From Basidiobolus meristosporus CBS 931.73 (taxonomy: Eukaryota; Fungi; Basidiobolomycota), in NCBI GenBank assembly GCA_002104905.1, contig MCFE01000039.1:139632-203631 (forward strand): a stretch of 64,000 bases of DNA. Reading direction: 5' to 3'. Positions 24,366 through 37,438 of the stretch are shown one piece after another. The notes beneath the pieces were generated by a model. It searched no databases, was not told where the DNA came from, and saw only the letters and a list, made by a program, of their open reading frames with translations. Both the position numbers and the translations under genes were made by a program. Position 1 is the stretch's first letter, and each line of letters begins with the position of its first letter.

Positions 24366-27300
24366 TTATACTCGAATTGCCCATGGTTTCTCGCCTTCCT
24401 GGGGCACAATTCTAGAGAGTGTAGCAATCTCATCGCTACTGGCCATACGGATTTGTTCAGCAGTGGCGGGATGAGCAAGAGTGAATGTCTCAGTGTTGCC
24501 GTTGTCTTTGCGGGCAGCAGAAACAGCATCACGAATGGCATAGTAGACGGAGGTACCAAGGAAGAATGGTGGCTCTCCGATACCCTTGCTACCATGGATG
24601 GTCTTGAGGTTCTTGTACTCAACGCCATCCAGCAGGTCCACTCTGAATCTCTGAGGAATGTCGCGGAAGCCAGGGATCTTGTAAGTGCCTGGTCCGCGAG
24701 TGAATAGCATTCCGTTGGGGAAGAAGAGAGTCTCCTCCATGGTTGACCATCCAGCACCTTGTAACCAAGCACCTTCAACCTGACCAAGGTCAATGGAGTA
24801 GTTGAGGGATTTGCCAACGTCCATGAGAATGTCGGTGCTAATGATGGTGTGGTCGCCAGTAAGGATATCGATTTCAACCTCAGACACGGCAATACCAAGG
24901 GTGAAGTAGAAGAACATCATGCCTTCGTTCTTGCCCCAAACATAACCGATATCTGGGGTTCTGTAATATCCGTTGGCGGAGAGATTCACACGATCAAAGT
25001 AGGCGGCCTTGGCAAGCTCAGCGATGCTGGCGTCGGGCATCTTTTCACGGTAGGGTCTCAATCTATCAGCTACCTGCTCACATGCAGCCTTGACAGCTTG
25101 TCCATTAAGATCTGAACCAGCGGAAGCGGCTGTGGGACTGGTATTGGCTACAGTGTTGGTTGCTGTTTCATTGATGTAAACCTTCTCAAGAGGAACGCCA
25201 AGGGTTTCAGCGGCAATCTGGGCCATCTTGGTATGGATGCCCTGTCCCATTTCAATTCCTCCGTGTGTCAAGAGAACTGAGCCATCGGTGTAAACATGGA
25301 CTAATGCACCTGCTTGGTTGAGATGCTTGGCAGTGAATGAGATACCAAACTTGGTAGGAATAATGGCTAATCCTCTCTTCTTGAAAGTGTGGGTCTTGTT
25401 GAACTCGTCAACGGCCTGGCGTCTGGCATCGTAGTTGGAGGACTCCTTGATCTGCTTCCACATCTTGGGGATGTGCCAGTCGGTAAGCTCTTGGTTGAAG
25501 TGGGTGATCTGACCCTCCTTGTACATGTTGATCTCACGGAATTGGTCAACAGGAATATTAAGACGATCGGCGACTTCATGGACCCAATTCTCACAAATGA
25601 TCATTCCTTGGGGTCCACCGAATCCACGGTAAGCGGTGTTCGAGTGGATATTGGTGATACAAGCCTTACCAATGGCACGAACATTAGGAATCCAGTAGCA
25701 GTTATCACTGTGGGACATGGCACGCTCAACGACAGCCATGGTTAGATCGGCAGACCAACCAGCGTTGGCATACACCTTGACATCCAATGCTTGGAGTTTG
25801 CCATCCTTGTTGACACCAACCTTCCATCTTCCGAGGAATGGATGTCTCTGTCCGGAGATGAGCATATCTTCGTCTCTGTCGAGCATGACTCTGATGGGCT
25901 TGCGGAGATGGTGGGCAGCAACTGCCATGGGTGCAGTAAGCATGACGGTTCTACTCTCCTTACCACCGAAACCACCACCCAAACGCTTAGTACGGACAAT
26001 CACTCTGCTGTCAGGGCAATCGAGGACCTTGGCTACGACGTGCTGAGTTTCAGTGGGGTTCTGAGTGCTGCTGAAGATTTCAATCTCATCGCCTTCCTTA
26101 GGAACGACGATACAGGCGTTGGTCTCAAGATAGAAATGCTCTTGGCCACCGATCTTGGTCTCGCCCTCAAATACGTGGTCGCAGTTTTTGAATGCCTCGT
26201 CAACATCTCCTCGGATGATTTCACGTGGTGCAGGGACAAATGATTCCTTCTCAATAGCTTCCTCGATGGTGAGAATGTGAGGCAGGTCTTCATACTCCAC
26301 ATTTACCATTCTTGCGGCAGCCTGGGCTTCGTTTTGACTCTTGGCTACCACGATACCAATGATCTGACCCAAGAAGTATACGTCAGTGCTGGCGAAGACT
26401 TCTTCGTCTTGGAAGACTGGACCCCAGGTATTGTTTCCGGGAACATCTTTAGCTGAGTAGAATCCTACCACACCATCTGCCTGTAGAGCATTGGCGGCAT
26501 CGACGTTCAAGATCTTGGCGCGGGCTTTCTTGGAAGTAACCAAGGCACCATAGAGCTCCCCGCTGTATGATGGCATATCGTCAACGTAGATAGCCTCACC
26601 AGTAACCTGCTTGAGGGCACTCAAATGGGCTACACCCTTGCCGACAACGTTTTCAGGGCGGACGGGCATTGATTGGGAAGCTTGGGAAACAGCTCTTTCA
26701 ATGTCCTCCACCTCATCAGCAAACTTGGATTCTTGGATGTCAAGTCCCAGTTTGTTCGAGACGTTGCACCAGAACTTGTAGAAGAAACTTGCTGAAAGAG
26801 CCTTACGGAATTCTCCCATACCACCTGGAGAAGAGTACTGGATCGGCAAATCGAAGCCGAGTCTGGTGACGACCTCCAAGAAGTCCTCACGATAACCCCA
26901 CTCCTTACCAATCAAATATTCCATGGCGGATTTGGCTTGGAGGGTAGTTGGACCCATACCTCCGAAGGCAAGGACTATATCCTTGACGATGAACTTCTCA
27001 TCGCTCTTCTCAAACTTGACCCTAAGGCCACCATTAGCGATGGCAATATCATCGTCCTTTCTCTTGGCCTGTTTGAACGATTGCGCGAATTCGTATTCCT
27101 TGGTGAAGGGAACGAACAGAGATACCACCACTTCACCTGGACGAAGGGCAGTCTTGCGGTAACCCAGGAAGAATTCGGTCATCTTGATGGAGCGCAATCC
27201 ACCCTCCTTGGAGCTTACAACCATTACCGCACGGGAAGAGACGAAGACCGGGTTGAGGTCAGAAATTGGTGAGGCAGTAACGATGTTACCAGCAATTGTA

Positions 27301-28516
27301 CCGACGTTTCTGATTTGGCGACCAGCGAACCAGCGAAGGTTGCTAAGATAAGCTTTGAAGTTCTCAGTCTTTGAAGGTTCGTATTTCTCCACTGCCTTTT
27401 TGAGTTCACGCTCAAAGTTGGAGAGGGTGATGTTGGCACCGAAGGTGATACCTTCCTCGCTATACTCGACCTTCTTAAGCTCTTCGATGTCACTAACATA
27501 GATCATCACAGGGTAGTAGATCTGCTTGAACTTGATCTCGATCCCGACTTCGGAGTTACCGGCGATGATCTTTGCGTCAGGGTATTCGGCCTTGAGCTGC
27601 AAAAGCTCGTCGAGTTCAAGAGGACGGTACCACTTGTATCTGTTATTGGAGAATGCCAAGGGCTTGAGTCCGCTAGCTCCTTCCTTCTCCTTATCGCCTT
27701 GTGCATATTTGATAAGTCCGGGTGGGAAGATCAACTCCTGAGAGGGGTCGTACTTCTTGAGCTTAACCTTCTCGAACTTGTCGTTGTCAACGGCAAAGTT
27801 CAGTTTGTCATCGAATTCCTTCTTGTCCTGGCAACAACCGCCTTCTTTCCCGCAGCCCTTTGTTGCTTCTTCCTTGATGGCTTGTTGCTCCTGGTCTTGG
27901 CAGCAGCCTCCGGCCTTGTTGCTGCCACCACAGCAACCGCCAGCTGGAGTGGCAAAGGTTTTGGCGGCATCCAAGATGGGTCTGTAACCAGTACAGCGGC
28001 AAAGGTTTCCGTCGAATGCTTCTTCGATATCATGCTCGCTGGGGTTAGGGTTGTTTCTCAAAAGGGCGTAGAGAGACATGGCAATTCCTGGAGTACAGAA
28101 ACCACATTGTGACCCATGGGCAAGGGCAATTCTTTCCTGAACAGGATGGGGATTTTTGGCGTTTCCAATTCCTTCAATGGTAATCACATGTTTACCGTCC
28201 ATGGCACAAAGAGGAGCCAGGCAAGCGTTGGTCGAAGTGTGAGTGATCTTCTTGGTCTTTGGGTCGTATGAGGAGACCAGGAGTGTACAGGCACCTTAAA
28301 TTGAAGAGAGGTCATATTAGTATTGGCTCCGTGTGCCTTTGCTTCACTCTCCTTTAACTTACCACAACCACCTTCACCACATCCAAGCTTCGTTCCAGTA
28401 AGCCCGGTGCCACGAAGGTATTGGAGAAGTGTCATCTCGGGATCAGGATTTTGCAAAACGATGCGAGTGCCATTGACGTAGAATGTAAGGATGTTGGAGT
28501 AACTTTGAATAGACAT
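24366..28516 (-). CDS. XDH: Xanthine dehydrogenase (molybdo-flavoenzyme), 2 exons
   Basis: 2Fe-2S motifs [12 protein letters not shown]|[26 protein letters not shown] motif [15 protein letters not shown]. Moco motifs [29 protein letters not shown]. Confidence 0.97.
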
Positions 28517-29328
28517 GATCCTTAATTGATGCTGAAGTCAAATACAAATGCAGTAGTGAAGTGCAATGGAGAATGAGATGCAATAGTTAAGTGTGATTTG
28601 GAGGAGACTTTGAAGCCGAGTATATATAGGATTTTACTCGGCAATCTCAGACGATTATCATCGACACAAAACTGATCGATATCTAACAACCGACTTCTCC
28701 ACAACTCCACAGCATTCTTTTCCCGGCCGCTATCCGCATTATCTTCATTCCAAAATCGATATGGGGTACTTGGGTGAGTATGCGATTTCCCAATCGAGAG
28801 CTTGGAAAAACCGGAATTTGTAGTTAGCAAATCTATAGCAACCTTCATTCTGGCAATCCCCCGCTCCCCCGCTCCCTCGAACCCTCCTTCCTATGCTATG
28901 GGAATTGTCTCAGCTGGCTTTCACGTCACATGAAAATTTTTGTTCTACTCTTTCGGGTTGCTGCATCAGCTCATGTCACATGGCGGAAACTTGGAAATAT
29001 TCATTGGTGACCGAGAGATACATCATTGGCTCAATTACAGGATACACTTGGAATGACGACCTGTGGTTAACTGATTGACGTTCATTGAATTTTACTTGGC
29101 GCCACACGGGTATTTACTTGGATGAATGTTTACTAATTTGGTAGCATTGATGAACGCAAAGATAATCAATCGTTTTTTCTCACACTGGAGGCTCCAAGCG
29201 TATTGGCTCGTATAAATGCTCGAGAGTTAGTTGTTATGCTATGCTTTTCTTCTACCTGGAAGGAGGCGCTCATGTTGAAATGTGGTATTGTGTTGTGTTT
29301 ATTTGGGATGTGAATGCAAATCAAAATT

Positions 29329-32300
29329 TTACGAGTGCTCGACCTGATTGAGGAACGCTTCATCAACTCTTGCTTCAGTCGAAGCCATGAAGCGCCGCTT
29401 GGTCCATTTGTAAAGCTCTGATAGAGTGATGAAGATCAATGCGTCGGCGGCAACTAGTCCCCACTCCCAAGAGATTCCTTTGTGTCTGAAGACGGTGGTG
29501 TTCAGCCTATCAAAGAAGATTCAATTAGCCACAAAGCTGGGGAACTCTTCACTATTCGGTAACCTACCCTGGAATATAGATGCATGGGAATAAGAGTAAG
29601 AACCCGGAGATGACACTCCAAAACAAGAACCGGTTGGAGTAGATATCTTTAAGCTGTGCCCATGTCCATTGAGGGCTACGAAGGGAACGGCAATTAAAGC
29701 AGTGGATCAAAATCAGCACGGTGATCGCAGCATATGCCGCAGCTCGACCTCGGTAGATTTCCGCGCATGAGTCACTGTACGTCTGGTTACAGTTTCTCCC
29801 AATCTCTCCGGAGCCGACCACGAAGACAACCAGGACGAAATTAAGAAGTGATAACAAGCCCATAACACAGCCATACAGGATGTTGTCTAAAATGACTTCG
29901 AATGTGAAGAGTCCACCAGAGTGGGGCTTTTGCCGCATGATTTCAGGAGTGGCTGGTTCCATTCCTAGGGCCATGGATGGAGGAGTGCTGATAAATTCGT
30001 CTAGGTATCACTTCAGAAGGCTAGCCTAATAATTGCGAGGACTTACCTTGTAGCTAATGTGTAGAACAAGATCTGGACTGGGGAGAGAGGGTACACTGAA
30101 GACCCTTGGTCATCCTTGATAGCAAGCGCTATCATCAACACCAGGACACATGCCAGATTTCCCGATAGCAGATTTTGAACAAACTTAATGAAGTTGGCGA
30201 AAACTCTACGTCCTTCAGCAATAGCACCAACAATCGTGGCAAAGTTGTCATCGGTCAAAATGATATCTGATGCTTGTTTGGCCACATCTGATCCCGCCTT
30301 GCCCATAGCTATACCAACATCCGCAATTTTAAGACTAGGCGAATCATTCACACCATCTCCGGTCATCGCCACGATTTTCTGGCGTCTGTGGAAAGCACGT
30401 ATCATCTTCACCTTTGTATTAGGACTGCATCGTGCGATAACTCGAGGAAGCTCCGGTAGAGCGTCAATCTCTTCTTCGGTCAAGGAATCAAACTCTCCTG
30501 CAGTCATGACTAGTCGCGAGTTACTTCTTTTCTCATTAGTCGCTCCTTCGGGTGGTAGGATGGCTACTTCACGAGCAATAGCTTCAGCTGTGGCTGGATG
30601 ATCTCCAGTTAGCATGTGGACTTGAATTCCAGCTTGATAACACTTGAGGACTGCAGAGCGCGATTCCAAGCGTGGTGGGTCATAAATTCCCCCCAATCCA
30701 ACGAAAGTAAAGCCTTGTTCAATGTTTTCACGAGTCCAAGCTGAAGGTCCGGATTTCACCATCTCTTCATCAAGAATTCGATAGGCCAAGCCCAAAACAC
30801 GCTAATTTGACAAATCTTATGAGATACTTATCACCTATCTACGCCTATCAAGGGTAACTTACCAATCCTTGGGATGCCATGAAGACTATTTGAGGCTCCA
30901 GCAAAGACTCCAACTGTTGCTGTTCTGTGGGTTGTTCGCTGTCCCCATACTTAACTTTAGTGCAACAGCCAATAATACGTTCAAATGCACCTTTGAGATA
31001 CACAATATATTTCCCAGTACGCTCTTCCTTGTATATGACACTCATTCTCTTGATAGCTGATTCGAATGGGAACTCCATAGCCAGTGTATATGTATTGGAA
31101 GGATCGGCATCAGTGGTATATGTTGGTTTTCCGCTATTTAGTTTGTGCGCAAAGACTTGAAGAGCAGTCTGGAATAGATACATGTCACCATCAGTAAAAA
31201 TAACGCAGTACTTGGCATTACAAAAGAACCCAACCTCAGTAGGGTCACCGATATTAATCCACTCCTTTGAGTTATCGTCTTGCTTAATCATGGCCATGTT
31301 ACACAGAGCAGCCGTCTCTACTAGTCTTTGGATAGGGCTGGGCATATTCTCGGGAGTAATTATCATTTCTCTTGCACTGTCCACTACATTGACACCATCC
31401 TCTTTTATCATCTGAGGATCAAGTATCTTCTTGTCACCTAGCCGAATAATGCACCCGGTAGGATTGATACCAGTTCCCGTAACGTGATAATAGCCGCTTT
31501 CAGGCAACCAAAAGCGGGTCAATACCATTTTTGCTTGAGTTAGTGTTCCTGTCTGATAGCACAATGTCAATATCGTAGATCTCTACTGAACAAGGAAATC
31601 GGTGCTTACTTTGTCGGAACAGATATTCGAGATTGATCCCAAGGCTTCTAAAGATGGAAGTTGACGAACAAGGGCGCGCTCCTTCGCCATTTTCCGAACA
31701 CCAATTGCCATAGTGAATGTGACGACTGCTATCAGGCCACCTGGAATGACAGCAATCCCGATCGAGATGGCGTACACAGCAATACTTTGATTGATTTTGA
31801 AACGGTTAACCGCAAAGACAATAAGAATAAAAATGATCGCCAGGAGAAATAGAAGATAGGCCATTTTATCCAAGCTGAAACGCAGTTCAGTTAATATAAG
31901 CTTAGAGTAAACAAGAGTATGACTAGTACCTTTTCTGCAATGGTGTTTTACCAGGTTTGTTGTCGTTGTTGGCAAGTTCCTGCGCAATCTTCCCAATTTC
32001 GGTAGTCATACCGGTACCAATAACTATTCCCCTGCCACGACCCCTCGTCACACTAGTCGAGGAATAAACCAGATTTAAACGGTCGCCGATTGGCTCGTTT
32101 GGATCTAGGATAAGATCGATACTAAACGATTTCTTAGTCTTCATGCATTTCTTTATCCAAGACACGCTAGTGAATTTACCTCTTAGTAACAGGCACTGTT
32201 TCGCCGGTGAGCAGCGCTTCATCACATTCCAGATTAGAGATATCAAAAAGACGACAGTCTGCTCCAATCACGTCCCCGTTCTCGAACGATAAAACGTCAC

Positions 32301-32798
32301 CGGGAACAAGTTCGCGGGTTGGGATGGTTGTGAACTCGCCGCTCCGGAGGACTCTACAGTTAGGTGAAGCCATCTTCCGCAAAGATTCCAAGGTTTTCTC
32401 TGCCTTGTACTCCTGAAAGAAGCCGATGGTTGAATTGGTTATGATGACCAAACCTATGACGGCTAACGCAACAAAAAAATGTTAGATGTGCCAGTACGTT
32501 TGTGAATCCTTCCGCAAGACTTACCTCCTTCGCCGTAATTTCCTCCCGCTGAGAAGGCTATAGCCATGGCAATAATTAGCACTAGTGTCAGTGCGTTAGC
32601 AATCTGTCGGAACAGGACTCGAAAAGCACTGGGTCCTCCTTGGCCGGACATTTCGTTTGGGCCGTATTTCTCCAACCGCTGCTTTGCTTCATTAGTGGTA
32701 AGGCCTACTTGAATATCCGTTTCTAGTGTGGACGCAACATTTTCTTCGGTGTATGTATGATATGGTATGCTTTCCTGTGTTTGACCGGGCGGTTTCAT
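29329..32798 (-). CDS. ENA1: P-type IID (ENA-type) Na+/K+ efflux ATPase, multi-exon
   Basis: [12 protein letters not shown]|TGTLT (split by an intron), [31 protein letters not shown]; ENA-like [30 protein letters not shown]. Confidence 0.88.
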
Positions 32799-33564
32799 AT
32801 CGGAATGAGGAAGGGTGGAAGAGATACTTTTGGGTGAGATCACAAGCCCATATCTTCTAGCTATATATTGTTTTACCAAGTGGTTGGATACTCTTTGGAG
32901 CGGGTTTGAATGATTAATAAAGACGAAGAGTCCTTTTGGATGCTGTTTGGATGCTCTTTGGATCCACTTCTGAGTGCCCATTCGGGAACTTCTCACTATA
33001 TATGGGAATCACGACACAATTTTGAATTGATTTATAGATCTTCAACATAGCTGAAAGTTAATCAATTGGCTAAATTTCAACCATTTTCCGAGTTCCTTTT
33101 TCGGGATAAGAAGGTTTTTTGCCACAGGTGTTCCATTTCATTGCCAGTAGATGCCCTTATTTGACAATGGAACTTTACACAGAGCGATGATGTGTAACGC
33201 AACATGTAATATATCTTAGATGCTGGCAATTTATGCTGTAAGCTTGGTCGAGGGCCTTGTTTGCACCTTAAATTCACATGGATTGCTCTTACTTGATGAG
33301 CAGATGTGCGGAACAGTCCGAACGTACAGTAGTGTTGTGGAGGACAGCATGCATCAATATCTTTCATTCAAGCTCTCCTCAGTGAGTATCGAGTAATCTA
33401 TCCATCTGCAATGGGGAATGTAATTCCCTTATATCCCCTTACAGCATTCTCGATTTGTTCGGTTGGAACTTTGGCCTGTTTCATAAAGATATATAGCGGG
33501 TATTGCACTCATACACCTGGCTAATTATACTCCTCACCCCAAGTTTTGTTCGATAGAAGTTAGA

Positions 33565-34637
33565 ATGACGAACTCCAAAGATAAATTTTACATGATTCGC
33601 GCATCCCTATTACGAAAATCCGATCAGGAGGTATGGCGCGCCGTTCTTGTCCCTAGCTCCTTCTCCTTGCTTCAGTTCCATGTCGTACTCCAAGATCTCT
33701 TTGGCTGGAAGGAAACAAGCGGGTCATTCCACTACTTTAGTCACGGGAAGATGGAACACAAGGTGTATCTTGAAGAAGAGATCTTTTACCAACATCGCAA
33801 TTTCCACGACTGCCCAGAGATTGTTTATCAAACTATATATCCGGAAGAGTGCGATGGTTGGGTAAAGCGAATAGGACCAGGCCTTTACATCGGTATGACT
33901 GCTGGGCTGGTTTGTTGTCTTGATATGTTTAGTAAACATCTTTGCTTGTCTTGTAGAGCATACACATCCTCACGATCCAGCCCCTTTATTTACCGTAAAC
34001 CACGAACTAGCCGTTACAAACGACGAACTGACTACACGAATTCTCCGCGACGAGAGACTGTACAAAATACATCACGTCTTTGATCTGTTCCCGCATCTTT
34101 TTTACGAGTTTGATCATGGTTTGGACTCAGTTCCTAGCTTCCGCCTGTTGCTTTCTTTTGAAGAAACCATTATCTCTGCCCCGGACGACTTCTCCACAGA
34201 CTACTCTCTTTTCCCAGTCATCATAGATGGGCAAGGGGAGTGCGCTTTGCCTTTTGAAAAGCAAGAGGTTTTTCAACTGAATTCAATGCAAAAGCGTCTG
34301 AATTGCTCCCACACAGAGTATAAGCAGGGTGATGTCAACAAGTGCTATTTGTGCCACCGATTTTGAATTTGATTGCCCAAAATCCAATAGTAAGTGTGCT
34401 CAGCACTCTTCAGAAACCTGTTGCGCTTATTGTATCTGCAACCCTGATGTAAAAGATAGCGAGCCCTACGAACATAATCTCAGTATGCTGGCTTGGGAGC
34501 AAGGCCTTATTGCATTGAACGCCGAAAGGGCGAAGTTCTTAGAGGCGATGACCAATGGAGATGCATTTCAATGTCACTGGATCGAAAACGATGGAGGTTC
34601 ATGCGGCTTTTGCCATAATATTGGCATGAACTGTTAG
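33565..34637 (+). CDS. pRiA4b ORF-3-like (PF07929-type) protein with Cys-rich C-terminus; possible frameshift near 34360
   Basis: VWRAVLVPSSFSLLQFHVVLQDLFGW, FYEFDHG and FPVIIDGQGECALP resemble the family motifs. Intron at about 33893-33956. The frame changes at CHRF*/EFDCPK. Confidence 0.6.
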
Positions 34638-34970
34638 AAGCGAATTTTTTATTTATATTTCCTCAATAAACATTACAGCAGATCTATTGCATTCCCTTAT
34701 GCTATATTCTCTCGATGCTACGCTATATTTCCTCGATGCGTATTACAGGCTCTACTTAATATTGCTTCGTTAGGCATTGCATTATTACATCAACCAACGC
34801 ACCTGGATTACGGGATGAGATTATGCATGCCTACTCTAATGCAGGGCAGTCCAGTGGAGATGTACTCTGCTGCAGCCGACCTTCTGAGATGGTGAGCAAT
34901 TTGACCGTTAGCTCGGCTTGATCCCTTAACTATAAATTCAGCCTGAGCTAAGCCTGATCCCTCGTCCGCA

Positions 34971-36109
34971 ATGCTTCAATCCATCTTTCGAAAAAAGTCA
35001 CCGCAATCCGCCAAAACGCCGATCCGGTCCGCGGTGCCATCTATCACCCAAGATACAGGAGTCCAACGTAAGTAACCCCTCGTTTCGGGCCGTTACCTAA
35101 TGGAGTAAATACTGATTTCGATCAGCCGTACCCTTGGGCCAAAGTCAGGGCGAACATAAACGGGCAGACGAGCTCCTGCGTAGAAACCAAGGTTGGGCTG
35201 ATCAAGTGGTGGTCCAGCAGCCGACGATCTTTGAAGAATGTGCCAAGGGTCAACAGCCAAAGATTCTTTGGATCGGTACTTGATGCTATTTACATACGTA
35301 TGGCCTGACAAACGCTAACATTTGGTTGAAGGATGCGCTGACTCACGTGTCCCTCCTGAGCAGATCGTCTCTTGTGGTGAGCAGTCCACAGTTGCACTAG
35401 AAATCGGTCGACAGCACTAAAGTATTTTGTTAGCACCTGGAGACATATTTGTTCATCGAAACATCGCCAATGTGTGCATCTTCTCGGACTTGAATTCCCT
35501 TTCGGTGGTTCAATACGCGGTAGAGGTATTGAAGGTGGAAGAGATCATTGTTTGTGGTAAGATGCCCCTTTACTATGCTTGTTCAAGGCGTTGGATTCCT
35601 AAACGGCATATAGGGCATTACGGGTGTGGCGGAGTTAAAGCAGCCATGGGGAACCAGAGCTATGGCATGATTGATAACTGGCTCAGCAACATCAAATCCG
35701 TTTATCATAGTAAGTGGCATTCAATTGATCATCCCAAGCATCGCCCACTCAATCAACTTTACTCATTCAGGTAAAAGAAGAACCCTAGACAGTAAGCTTT
35801 GTATTTTCCCTTTTCCTTAGGGCATATCTAATCAGTCATTCTCCAGAGCTGGAGCAATCGGAGCAAGAGAACCTGATGGTGGAGCTGAACGTGGCCAATA
35901 GTGTCAATGTACTCTGCCAAACTCCAATTTTGCAAAATGCTTGGGCCCAAGGCCAGCCCATCACGGTTCATGGCTGGAGTTACAGCTTTGAGAATGGAAG
36001 AATCTACGATTTAAACATTCAAATCGCGTCACCTAACGATATAGAAAAAGTAAACCAAGAATCCCTCCTGAACAAAGCTCGCAGTGTAAAGTCAAAGAGC
36101 CGAGTATAA
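34971..36109 (+). CDS. NCE103: Beta-class carbonic anhydrase, multi-exon
   Basis: [10 protein letters not shown]|[24 protein letters not shown]|HYGCGGV, ELNV, VHGWSY; zinc ligands C/D/H/C present. Confidence 0.93.
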
Positions 36110-36184
36110 TTTCCAAGACAGACGGATGAATACCGATATGATCTTAATAAATTTGTTTATTAGAAATTAGTTCGTTTCTGTTGG

Positions 36185-36949
36185 TCACTTGCGTTTGGAG
36201 TAGATCATAGCAGTAAATGGTCTGTTTGGTTGGAGTTGTTAGTAATCGATCTCACATTGGGTGGTAACTATGTAGCTCAACTTACTCTTCAAACTTGAGT
36301 GCAACGTTATAAGTTATATATACAACGGCAGTGAGCAGGATTCCTGCTGGGACTCCATACCTAAGTGGCATACTTTGTTAATATACAATCAATGTAGTAT
36401 ATAGGGGTATCTAAGATCAACTAACCATAATGCTGAAGCTAGGAAGATCATGGTTGAGCCATGATACATTGGGTTATTTGACACATTGAAGGGGAATCCA
36501 GTGACCCTTTGGCTCATCAAAATCCCAAAGTAATCCCCTGATAGATTGCAATGCATTAGAGAAGAGCTAAGAGCACATAACGAAGCGCAACAATACAAAC
36601 CCAAGTAGGTGCCCGTAACACCAAGAGTGTACATGGAAGTGAGAACAAGAACATTTCCGCAAACAAACAAACCAGCTGCCAAGAGCTTGACCAAATCGGT
36701 CTGTAGGAGGGGATGGACTGGTTGCTCACTCAAGGCTTGAGAATAAAGGTAATCACGGAAGATCCCAAGAGAGAATATGGTCAACGCAAGACCATAGCAG
36801 CCTCTGTAGGGATTACCACCAGCAAGCTTCGTCAACAGCTTGGAATGGTATTCTTGACGGGCTACAACATTCCAGAAGGTGGGGTTAAAAAAGATGGATG
36901 CCAACGCGTACCAGAAGCTTGCTTTCTCAAAATCGACCAACTTCAGCAT
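36185..36949 (-). CDS. OPI3: Phosphatidyl-N-methylethanolamine methyltransferase, multi-exon (a tiny upstream exon at 37012 is possible)
   Basis: FNPTFWNVVARQEY, LGVTGTYLG|DYFGILM, VTGFPFNVSNNPMYHGST, FEE|PFTAMIY. Confidence 0.93.
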
Positions 36950-37438
36950 CCTAAATTCTATGTGATACCGGGGAAGAGGAATAGCGATGTTGTATTGATA
37001 CTTGCGGTTCATTTATACATGTTTTGCTTCCGCTCTGAGAGCTGAAGATATTGATCAATATGGATGCCAACAGCTCTCGTCAATTGAAGATCAGTTAGCA
37101 CTCGTGTGACACTGAGGCCCAATCAGTCACGAACACTTCGATAGTATTACACCTTCGACAGATATGGATAGTTTGTAATATTTCTTAGACACAGCCAACT
37201 AGTCACTCATCCATTGGCCACTCTTTCCCCGGCCCCTCATTTCTGACTACACCAACTGATATGGCCTATGAGTAAAGTCCCGCCACGTGTACAAAGTAAC
37301 TTTCACATTCACAAACTAGATGATAATGACGTCGCACCATCTCACATATGTGCTCGATAGTGCGGTATGTTTATAAACGTTGAAAGCCATCTATAGGGTC
37401 TAGCGGATGCAGATGGAGTAGGTGAAATGGTTGAATAC

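Noticed and set aside
24453-28112. Many 60-150 aa ORFs antisense or out of frame within XDH
   Set aside because: Codon-bias shadows of a long, highly biased CDS.
34703-34740. Two imperfect 18-bp direct repeats (GCTATATT..CTCGATGC) upstream of carbonic anhydrase
   Set aside because: Only two copies and no known motif; most simply a local slippage duplication.
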